DNA from: Ignavibacteriota bacterium | GTDB taxonomy: Bacteria > Bacteroidota > Ignavibacteria > Palsa-1295 | Assembly: GCA_963787835.1 (NCBI GenBank) | Contig: CAWBEI010000002.1 | Coordinates: 1,792,001 to 1,856,000 of the forward strand | Direction: 5' to 3' | Length of the DNA stretch: 64,000 nucleotides | Shown here: in pieces, positions 1 to 7,587 of the stretch | Layout: each line of letters opens with the position of its first letter | Numbering within the stretch: the stretch's first letter is position 1 | Program-made: the position numbers and the translations under genes | The notes under the pieces: model-generated | Told to the model about the DNA's origin: nothing | Database searches by the model: none | Seen by the model: the letters and a program-made list of their open reading frames with translations, nothing else

Positions 1-1259
1 TCGGAGGGATTCTTTAGGATGCGACCCTGAGAATCCACCTCGAATTCGGCCGTTGCAAATAAATGCCCATCGGCCTCCGCCGTGATGGAATATTTTCCAG
101 GTTTGTTCACTCGGAGCGAATAATTGCCGTTTGAATCCGTAACGCTTTTCAGAAAAACCTGATTGTTCGAAAGATCGACGCCCGTTAACGATGCAACGAG
201 CGGTTTACCCGAAGCGGCATCCTTCACATGGCCGGATAAGCTGAACGGCGAGCCAGAAGTATCGGAAGAGAAGAGAGAACTGATCGGGATATCGACTGGC
301 TTCTGAGGTGGGGGCGGAGGAGACGGTACCTCTGGTGCGGGTGGAGGGGGCAAGGCATGAAATGGCAGCCGTAACCCAACCGTCAACGTAAGATACCACA
401 GCCGGGGGTCCGAGATAGCAGTGGTTTGGAGCCAATAAGAAGCAGTCGCTCTCGTGGAGGAATCGGCTTCATTGGTCAGCCAGCGTGTCAAGGGGATGCT
501 TAACAGTAGTTCTGCGTCCAGCATCATATTGGTAGCGCCGAGGCGGTAGACCGTCCCTCCGCCGACCTGTATGTCCGTGCGGTATCCAAAGAACCAGTTC
601 GCGAGATCCGTTTCTGGAGCCTGCTGGCTCGATACATTGGTGTATGAGTGATTGATGAGGTTTACATAGCTGCCGGATAGTTGCTGGCTTCCATTGAATC
701 CATTTTTTGTCAGTTGAGAAAGGCCGAAGCCTGCGGCAGCATAGTAATGATCGTTGAGGCGAACGTGTCCGAGCAACGCACCGTCAAGGCTGGAGAGCAG
801 GAGCGAGTATTGACTTGTTCCACCAGCGATAGCGGAAGAAACGTTAGGGTCCAGTTGGATCCCAGAATGAAACTCCTGCCGTGAAGAATAATTGGTCATG
901 AACCGGAACTTCGCCTCAATGTCCACAGACATGCCTAATGAAAAGCCCACTTTGGCGCCACCAACAAATCCGATTCCTGAGCCCAGGTTATTAAAGGGAA
1001 GATAGGTTGCGAGCTGCGGTGCATTATAAAGGGCGTCCGTGATCGAGACAATGCCCCACAAAAAATTGTGCGAGCCAATATAATCGCTGCCGGTCATGCC
1101 AAGATCAACCCCGACATAGCTGCGCCCGGTCGCTAGATTGATGTCCTTCGGACCGAATTGCATGGCCGTAGTATCGGTTTGGGCAAAAAGCGGAGTTTGC
1201 ACGAAAATACCGGTCGCAAACGCGAGCGATAATAGGATTCGATGAGCAATTTTTGTCAT
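1..1259 (-). CDS. Outer-membrane protein (signal peptide, beta-barrel-like region, Pro-rich linker, carboxypeptidase-regulatory-like domain), probably OmpA family; runs off the window edge
   Basis: Manual minus-strand translation from ATG 1259: MTKIAHRILLSLAFATGIFVQTPLFAQ...LTVGLRLPF-HALPPPPAPEVPSPPPPPQ...LSGHVKDAASGKPL...TDSNGNYSL. No stop before nt 1, so absent from the ORF track. The OmpA C-terminal domain is not visible. Confidence 0.7.
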   Translation of the reverse strand, partial: MTKIAHRILLSLAFATGIFVQTPLFAQTDTTAMQFGPKDINLATGRSYVGVDLGMTGSDYIGSHNFLWGIVSITDALYNAPQLATYLPFNNLGSGIGFVGGAKVGFSLGMSVDIEAKFRFMTNYSSRQEFHSGIQLDPNVSSAIAGGTSQYSLLLSSLDGALLGHVRLNDHYYAAAGFGLSQLTKNGFNGSQQLSGSYVNLINHSYTNVSSQQAPETDLANWFFGYRTDIQVGGGTVYRLGATNMMLDAELLLSIPLTRWLTNEADSSTRATASYWLQTTAISDPRLWYLTLTVGLRLPFHALPPPPAPEVPSPPPPPQKPVDIPISSLFSSDTSGSPFSLSGHVKDAASGKPLVASLTGVDLSNNQVFLKSVTDSNGNYSLRVNKPGKYSITAEADGHLFATAEFEVDSQGRILKNPS

Positions 1260-1360
1260 TTGGAGAACAAATGAGCTGGCAGCACTATACAATAGTTTAC
1301 GGAACCGAGCCTTCCTCTTCCGTGTAATGTGTGCCGCTCATGCCCGGTCATCGGGGAAAT

Positions 1361-1432
1361 GGCGCGTTCATCTAGCGGCTAGGATACCGCCCTCTCAAGG
1401 CGGGTACACGGGTTCGATTCCCGTACGCGCTA
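1361..1432 (+). tRNA. tRNA-Glu (anticodon CTC); CCA not encoded
   Basis: Acceptor GGCGCGT/ACGCGCT, anticodon arm CCGCC-CTCTCAA-GGCGG, T-loop GGTTCGATTCC. Confidence 0.95.
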
Positions 1433-1507
1433 CAAATATACGACATCATTTTCATTCCTCCTTGAGAAGATGGTTTGTCTATTGAGGTTTGCCCAAAGCG
1501 ATCCCAG

Positions 1508-3607
1508 TCAATATTCCACTGGCTTCCGCATCGAATCCACTCGCGGAATCGGTTGTGTTACAGAAAGAGAATCATGTTTTGTGGTATCGACGGGTAGCGG
1601 AGCGCCGGGATAGCTCGCATTGAAGTATTCTATTTTTGGCCGGAGCGCATCGTAGGCATATTTCATAAAAAGTCCCCAGATGGGCGCTGCGGCGCGTCCG
1701 CCCTGACCGTTCGAACTATTGAAAGTGATGCGCTTATCGTCGAAGCCAACCCATACGCCGGCAGTATATTCCGGCGTGTAACCGACAAACCAGGCATCGG
1801 CATAATTCTGGGTAGTTCCCGTTTTGCCGGCAGCAGGATAGCGGAAATAATTTAATACCCGAATTCCCGTTCCATGCTGAACTACATCTTCCAATGCTGA
1901 TGTGATTTCATGGCAGATCTTCGGATCGAGCACATTCTCTAACTCGGGTTTTCGCTCGTACAGAATTTTCCCATTCCGATCCTCCACGCGCATGATCGCG
2001 TAGGGCATTGCGCGAACGCCTTCATTTGCAAACACGGAATATGCGCTCGTGAGATCGATCGGACTCACTTCCGCAGTTCCCAACGCGATAGAGGGATAGG
2101 GCGGTATCGGTTGTCGAATGCCGAGTCGGGCTGCCATTTTCACGACATCTTGAACGGAAGTTAATTCCTGAATCGCATGCACCGCTGAAAGATTGAGCGA
2201 TTGCTCGATCGCATAGCGAATGCTGACCGTCCCGCCGGATGCTTCACCCGCGAAATTCTGCGGCGACCACGAGCCAAGATGGACCGGTTCGTTGGATACG
2301 CTGGATTCCGGCGTTGCGCCATGCTCGAACACGGAAGCATACACGATCGGCTTGAATGACGATCCCGGCTGACGTACGATCTGCGTTGCGTGATTCAGCC
2401 CATAGCGTACATCCTGATAATTCGATGCGCCGACCATTGCCACGATCTGTCCCGTCGATTGATCGATGCAGACAAGCCCCGCTTGCAATAATAGTTCTTC
2501 ATCCTTTACGCTATCGACAAAATCCTTATTTGCATAGAATTCACGCGCCACCTTTGCGCGCTCGACGTCCGACGAAGCGGAACGGTATTCCAGCGTATGA
2601 TGCACTGCTTTCATGAGCGCCGTATCGAGGATACCTTTGTGGCGTGCCCAGTTCCATCCTTTATTTACGTAGTTCTTTTGGTAGTCTGCAATGTGTTCGA
2701 GCACCGCGCGGTTCGCGGCGCGCTGCATGGTGGCATTCAGTGTGGTATAGACCACAAGTCCGTCACGGTAAATATCGTAGCCTTGCAGCTCCGGCATTTT
2801 CTGCAATTGTTGGCGCACCATTTCCGCAAAGTGCGGTGCAATACCCTGGTAGCCGAGATACTCTTTTACCTTTAAAGCATCTTTTTTAATCTTTGCTGCC
2901 TCTGCCTCGGTAATAAATCCCGCATTTACCGTATTATCAATGACTGTATTCCGCCGATTGATGGCGTTGTCGTAATCATCATCAGGATCGTAATTCTCCG
3001 GGCCTTTGAGAATGCCAACGAGATACGCGGACTGTGCTGGCGTCAGCTTATTAACATCCTCGCCGAAATATGCCTGACTTGCGGCCTCGATTCCATACGC
3101 ACCTCGCCCGAAATATGTGACGTTGAGATACATTTCCAATATCTCATTTTTCGTATGCGCGCGTTCGATCTGAACGGCTGTAATAGCTTCGCGTAATTTG
3201 CGAATGACGGTTTTATCCTGATTGAGATACAGATTCCGCGCAAGCTGCTGCGTAATGGTGCTCGCTCCTTCTTTGGCATGAAGGCTGAATAGGTCGGTAA
3301 CTATTGCGCGAAGATTGCCCCACAAGTCTAGTCCCCAGTGGTGATAGAACGTTCGGTCTTCCGTGGCAATAAGCGCCTTGATGAGGAACGGTGGGACGTT
3401 CCTCAGATGAATATTTGTCCGGTTCTTGATAAAGAACTGGTCGATCGGCTCGCCATCGGTAGAGATGATGCGTGTCGCAATTTCCGGATGCGGCGTAGCT
3501 AATTCCTCCGTGCTCGGCAGCCCGCGCGAAATATCCCACCACAGAAAGGCAAGAAATGCGACGAGAGCCGCAAGGGCAATGTAAAGATTACGACGACGTT
3601 TGGTCAT
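1508..3607 (-). CDS. Class A penicillin-binding protein (PBP1A family)
   Basis: N-terminal TM anchor; transglycosylase motifs EDRTFYHHWG, GASTITQQLARN, RKLRE; transpeptidase motifs SSFK, SLN, KTG. ATG overlaps the glyQS stop (TGATG). Confidence 0.93.
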   Translation of the reverse strand: MTKRRRNLYIALAALVAFLAFLWWDISRGLPSTEELATPHPEIATRIISTDGEPIDQFFIKNRTNIHLRNVPPFLIKALIATEDRTFYHHWGLDLWGNLRAIVTDLFSLHAKEGASTITQQLARNLYLNQDKTVIRKLREAITAVQIERAHTKNEILEMYLNVTYFGRGAYGIEAASQAYFGEDVNKLTPAQSAYLVGILKGPENYDPDDDYDNAINRRNTVIDNTVNAGFITEAEAAKIKKDALKVKEYLGYQGIAPHFAEMVRQQLQKMPELQGYDIYRDGLVVYTTLNATMQRAANRAVLEHIADYQKNYVNKGWNWARHKGILDTALMKAVHHTLEYRSASSDVERAKVAREFYANKDFVDSVKDEELLLQAGLVCIDQSTGQIVAMVGASNYQDVRYGLNHATQIVRQPGSSFKPIVYASVFEHGATPESSVSNEPVHLGSWSPQNFAGEASGGTVSIRYAIEQSLNLSAVHAIQELTSVQDVVKMAARLGIRQPIPPYPSIALGTAEVSPIDLTSAYSVFANEGVRAMPYAIMRVEDRNGKILYERKPELENVLDPKICHEITSALEDVVQHGTGIRVLNYFRYPAAGKTGTTQNYADAWFVGYTPEYTAGVWVGFDDKRITFNSSNGQGGRAAAPIWGLFMKYAYDALRPKIEYFNASYPGAPLPVDTTKHDSLSVTQPIPRVDSMRKPVEY

Positions 3608-5073
3608 CACACAGGCGACGAAAGCCTCTCTTGAATGTAACTCTTAACCGCACTCATTGCCACGCGCACCTGCTGCATTGAATCCCGTTCCCGGATGGTG
3701 ACGGTCTGATCGTTCAGCGTATCGGAATCAATAGTAACGCAGAATGGCGTACCGATCTCATCCATGCGGCGATAACGGCGCCCGACCGCGCCCGATTCAT
3801 CGTAGAATGACTTCATCGACTTACGCAGATCGCGCTCAAGCTCATTGGCAAGTTCCGGCATTCCATCTTTATTCACAAGTGGGAACACGGCAACTTTTAC
3901 CGGCGCAAGAAAGGGATGCAAACGCAGCACCACGCGTTGTTCGCCATTTACTTCTTCCTCTTCATAGCCATTGCAGAGAAAGGCCATGAAGCCACGCGAG
4001 GCTCCAGCGGCAGTTTCAACGACGAATGGCGTGTATTTCTCTTTCGTCTCCTCATCGTGAACTTGCAAGCTCTTCCCGGAAAACTCCTGGTGCCGCGTGA
4101 GATCGAAATTCGTGCGGTTATGAATGCCTTCGATCTCGCCGAAGCCGAACGGGAACTCGAACTCGATGTCGCCGGCAGCCTTTGCATAATGCGCGAGCTT
4201 TTCGTGCGGGCGGAAACGGAGTTTGCTCTCTGGCATTCCTAATGAGCGCCACCAGTTCCAGCGCGTTTCGCGCCAGGATTCGAAGAATGCATCGTCCGAG
4301 CCTGCTTTGCAGAAGAACTGCATTTCCATTTGCTCAAACTCACGAGTACGGAAGAGGAAATTCTTTGTATTGATCTCATTCCGGAAGGACTTCCCGATCT
4401 GGCAAATACCGAATGGAATTTTCTGCCGTGAGGACTGCATCACGTTCAGAAAATTTACGAAAATTCCTTGTGCGGTTTCGGGGCGGAGATAGACGACATT
4501 CGAATCGTCCTTTACTGGTCCAACATACGTCTCGAACATCAAATTAAAACTGCGTGGAACGGTAAACGTCTTTGTTCGTCCGCAATTGGGGCAGGGGATT
4601 AATTCTTGCTCGACCAGGCTTCCAAAGATGGAATCATCCTGCTCGATCGTGCCGGTGACGAGTTCTGCGAGCTGCTCTTTTGTAAAATCTCGCGTTTCGA
4701 GGGCGAGCGATTTCGTGATCGCTTTCAACTTTTTCTCCGACATTTCTGCAAAAAGATGATCCACGCGATACCGCGATTTGCACTCGCGGCAATCGACCAT
4801 CGGGTCGGAGAAATTCTGCACATGGCCGGATGCTTCCCACACTTTCGGGTGCATGAGGATCGATGCGTCAAGACCCTCGATGTCGCCGCGCTGGGTCATG
4901 GCGCGCCACCAGGCGTCCTTGAGATTGCGCAGCATCTCGACTCCGAGCGGACCGTAATCCCAGCAGCCGTTCAAGCCGCCATAAATTTCGGACGATTGAA
5001 AAATAAACCCCCGCCGCTTCGCTAGCGATACGATCTTCTCTAATAATTGCTGTGATGGTGTTGATTGAGCCAC
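3607..5073 (-). CDS. glyQS: Glycine--tRNA ligase, alpha2 type
   Basis: Motifs [30 protein letters not shown] and a C-terminal anticodon-binding domain ([15 protein letters not shown]). Confidence 0.97.
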   Translation of the reverse strand: MAQSTPSQQLLEKIVSLAKRRGFIFQSSEIYGGLNGCWDYGPLGVEMLRNLKDAWWRAMTQRGDIEGLDASILMHPKVWEASGHVQNFSDPMVDCRECKSRYRVDHLFAEMSEKKLKAITKSLALETRDFTKEQLAELVTGTIEQDDSIFGSLVEQELIPCPNCGRTKTFTVPRSFNLMFETYVGPVKDDSNVVYLRPETAQGIFVNFLNVMQSSRQKIPFGICQIGKSFRNEINTKNFLFRTREFEQMEMQFFCKAGSDDAFFESWRETRWNWWRSLGMPESKLRFRPHEKLAHYAKAAGDIEFEFPFGFGEIEGIHNRTNFDLTRHQEFSGKSLQVHDEETKEKYTPFVVETAAGASRGFMAFLCNGYEEEEVNGEQRVVLRLHPFLAPVKVAVFPLVNKDGMPELANELERDLRKSMKSFYDESGAVGRRYRRMDEIGTPFCVTIDSDTLNDQTVTIRERDSMQQVRVAMSAVKSYIQERLSSPV

Positions 5074-5138
5074 TTTGTATAGTAACGAGTTATGAGTACC
5101 GAGTAACGAGTGGGGGCGGGAATGTCATTCCCCAATTA

Positions 5139-5179
5139 TCTGAACCTGGATGACGCGGATGGGAGCGGATGACGCGGAT
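5139..5179 (+). repeat. 41-bp repeat copy 1 (TCTGAACCTGGATGACGCGGATGGGAGCGGATGACGCGGAT)
   Basis: Identical to 6314-6354; inverted copy at 6863-6903. Confidence 0.95.
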
Positions 5180-5227
5180 GGCTCGGGAATGAACTGTCAT
5201 TTCGAGCTAAGCAAGCGCGGTTTCACA

Positions 5228-5375
5228 CATGTCATTCCGAGCGGAGCAATTCATCGCGGAGCGATGGTTTGCGTAGTCGAGGAATCTCTGTCAGTTGGCC
5301 GGAGATCTCTCTACTCCGCAATTCTCCCAGCATCGTCGGCGATGCGGGTCGAATTGCTCCGCTCGGGATGACATG
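5228..5375. repeat. GTCAT-type REP/MITE-like palindromic element
   Basis: Terminal inverted repeats CATGTCATTCCGAGCGGAGCAATTC / GAATTGCTCCGCTCGGGATGACATG with internal hairpins. Confidence 0.85.
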
Positions 5376-5445
5376 GAAAGATGACATAGGCAAAATGAAC
5401 GCCCTAAGTAACCTTTCTCCTATTTTGGGGTTTTTAATGATCGCT

Positions 5446-6309
5446 ATGCTTCGCTTCAAAGCATTTTCGATAATTCGATTCCTTGTTTTAGGAAGTGTAT
5501 TCCTTTTCTCTCCACTCCACGCGCAGGATTTACAGCAGTGGAAGCCGAACGTGGGGGATCGGTTTGAGTGCCTAATTAGCCACAATATTAATTGTGGAGA
5601 TTATGAGTGTACCGGAATAGATACCGTCCTATTTGAGATCACAGACACAGCATATGATGGTGATACCCAACATCCTGATGCAGTATTTGCGACAACGAGT
5701 GCCATCGGGCTACACCTCACATACTATGAGTGGGGACAAGGGTACGACTCAATTGGCCAGATAGGACATAATTATAATGTTAACACCCTTATTTCGTCGC
5801 CGAGTGCCCAAACGCTTGAAACATCATTTAATGGCGCAAGTGTCAATTATAATAGCTGGATGGAAATTCCATTTATTCGCGATACATCTATAGTATTTCA
5901 GGGTGTGAATTATCAAGGTTCTTTGTCGGCTGCGGGAATGTTTCTGCCTAAGTTGGGATGGTTCTTCTCCCTGACCGGGAACGAGTATGGAAATATTTGT
6001 TACCCCTGTTTAGAGGGAACTTGGACGATGGCGCTCATTGCGGCTTCGGGACCTTCGGGTGTTCAAGTAGATATCCCTTCGAATTCAATGGTATTTTCGG
6101 AGGGTTCCTTTTTGCAACTTGTAAACATTGAAGCCAATAAAATAATGTTAATGGATTTGGTTGGGCGAATCGTAAACGCATGGCAATTTCCATCATTCGG
6201 CCATCGCGATATTACTCTGAATGTTGCAGATGTGCAGAGCGGTGTGTATTTCCTGCAAATCTCCGCGCCGGGTGTGGAGGAGATGCGGAAAGTGGTGATC
6301 GTGCATTAG
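5446..6309 (+). CDS. Secreted protein with T9SS-type C-terminal sorting domain
   Basis: Signal peptide MLRFKAFSII...SPLHAQ; C-terminus DLVGRIV...LNVADVQSGVYFLQI...RKVVIVH. The upstream ORF extension runs through a repeat and is excluded. Confidence 0.8.
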   Translation: MLRFKAFSIIRFLVLGSVFLFSPLHAQDLQQWKPNVGDRFECLISHNINCGDYECTGIDTVLFEITDTAYDGDTQHPDAVFATTSAIGLHLTYYEWGQGYDSIGQIGHNYNVNTLISSPSAQTLETSFNGASVNYNSWMEIPFIRDTSIVFQGVNYQGSLSAAGMFLPKLGWFFSLTGNEYGNICYPCLEGTWTMALIAASGPSGVQVDIPSNSMVFSEGSFLQLVNIEANKIMLMDLVGRIVNAWQFPSFGHRDITLNVADVQSGVYFLQISAPGVEEMRKVVIVH

Positions 6310-6313
6310 GCTG

Positions 6314-6354
6314 TCTGAACCTGGATGACGCGGATGGGAGCGGATGACGCGGAT
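6314..6354 (+). repeat. 41-bp repeat copy 2
   Basis: Exact direct copy of 5139-5179, located 51 nt upstream of the GxxExxY gene. Confidence 0.95.
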
Positions 6355-6405
6355 AGTTGGTTGAAGGTTGAGCATTTATTTGATATTTAATTTTGATGTG
6401 ACTTA

Positions 6406-6810
6406 ATGGGCCATGACTTTGAGGACAAAGAACTTACGGAGGCAATAATCGGATGCGCCATGAGAGTGCATTCGAAATTGGGGTGTGGCTTTCAGGAAGT
6501 TATTTACCAGCGCGGCTTGGCTATCGAGCTTCGAAGACTCTCCATAAATTTCGAACGAGAATTTGAAATGCCTATTGATTACGACGACGAGAATATTGGC
6601 TCACGCCGCGTGGATTTCCTGATTGAGAATCGAATATCGGTCGAACTTAAAGCATTGGCAGAATTAGAAGACATCCATCTTGCTCAAGCCAAAAATTATC
6701 TTGAAGTATATAAATTGAGAGTAGGACTGCTCATCAACTTCGGCGGCAAACGATTAGAATTCAGACGATTAATAAATTCCAAAGCGCCACATAGACGAGA
6801 GCTGAAGTAA
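6406..6810 (+). CDS. GxxExxY protein (PD-(D/E)XK nuclease-like family)
   Basis: Motifs VHSKLGCGFQEVIY (GxxExxY), RRVDFLIE..VELKA, QAKNYL, GLLINFG. Confidence 0.95.
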   Translation: MGHDFEDKELTEAIIGCAMRVHSKLGCGFQEVIYQRGLAIELRRLSINFEREFEMPIDYDDENIGSRRVDFLIENRISVELKALAELEDIHLAQAKNYLEVYKLRVGLLINFGGKRLEFRRLINSKAPHRRELK

Positions 6811-6862
6811 TAGGCAAATACACAATTGTTTAAACGCAAAATCCATAAGATCCAACAAAACT

Positions 6863-6903
6863 ATCCGCGTCATTCGCTCCCATCCGCGTCATCCAGGTTC
6901 AGA
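6863..6903 (-). repeat. 41-bp repeat copy 3 (inverted, one mismatch)
   Basis: ATCCGCGTCATTCGCTCCCATCCGCGTCATCCAGGTTCAGA is the reverse complement of copies 1 and 2. Confidence 0.95.
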
Positions 6904-6905
6904 TA

Positions 6906-7499
6906 ATGAAACTCACTTACGCCGAAATCCAGCATCAGCGTCTTACCGAAGAAGCCGCAGCCGCAAGCACCAACCGCCTTCCCGTTATTGCGATCCTTGA
7001 AGATATTCGCAGTCTCTACAACGTCGGCTCCATCTTCCGGACTGCCGATGGCGCGCACCTTGAAGCGATCTATACCGTCGGCTACACTCCGCATCCGCCA
7101 CGCAAGGAGATCGATAAGACCGCGCTGGGCGCAACGCGGACGGTGCCGCATAAGCATTTTGAGACTATAGAGGAAGCTGTTGCGGCGGTGCGGTCGGGGA
7201 ACCACCCCCGCGCATCGTCGACGATGCTTGCCCCCTCCTATTCCGCTTCGCTGCATAGGAGGGGGAGCTTTAAAGTAGCATCCCTTGAGATCACTTCCAA
7301 CAGCCGATCCATTTTTGAGTTGAAGAAAGAGGATTTCCCACTTGCTCTCATTATTGGGAATGAAATTACTGGAGTGAGCGATGCCGCTATTGGGCTTTCG
7401 GATTTCACGCTGGAGATACCGATGCTGGGAGCAAAACACTCGCTGAATGTTGCGGTGGCCTTTGGTGTGGCGGCATTTGAATGCGTGAGGGTTTATTAA
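6906..7499 (+). CDS. TrmH/SpoU family RNA methyltransferase with an in-frame palindromic insert
   Basis: Motifs LEDIRSLYNVGSIFRTAD, IIGNEITGVS, IPMLGAKHSLNVAVA. Confidence 0.92.
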   Translation: MKLTYAEIQHQRLTEEAAAASTNRLPVIAILEDIRSLYNVGSIFRTADGAHLEAIYTVGYTPHPPRKEIDKTALGATRTVPHKHFETIEEAVAAVRSGNHPRASSTMLAPSYSASLHRRGSFKVASLEITSNSRSIFELKKEDFPLALIIGNEITGVSDAAIGLSDFTLEIPMLGAKHSLNVAVAFGVAAFECVRVY

Positions 7500-7587
7500 G
7501 TGAACCCTCACCCAGCCTCTCCCCCATGCTGGGAGAGGAGAAGAAAAAAATAGTTGATGTTTTTTTTCGTATTTTTGGAGGTCGTCA

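Noticed and set aside
5269-5445. N-terminal extension of the 346-aa ORF
   Set aside because: It runs through a palindromic repeat; the signal peptide begins at ATG 5446.
5139-6903. 41-bp repeats as a CRISPR array or integron attC sites
   Set aside because: Only three copies, kb-scale spacing, one inverted; no cas or integrase gene and no attC core motifs.
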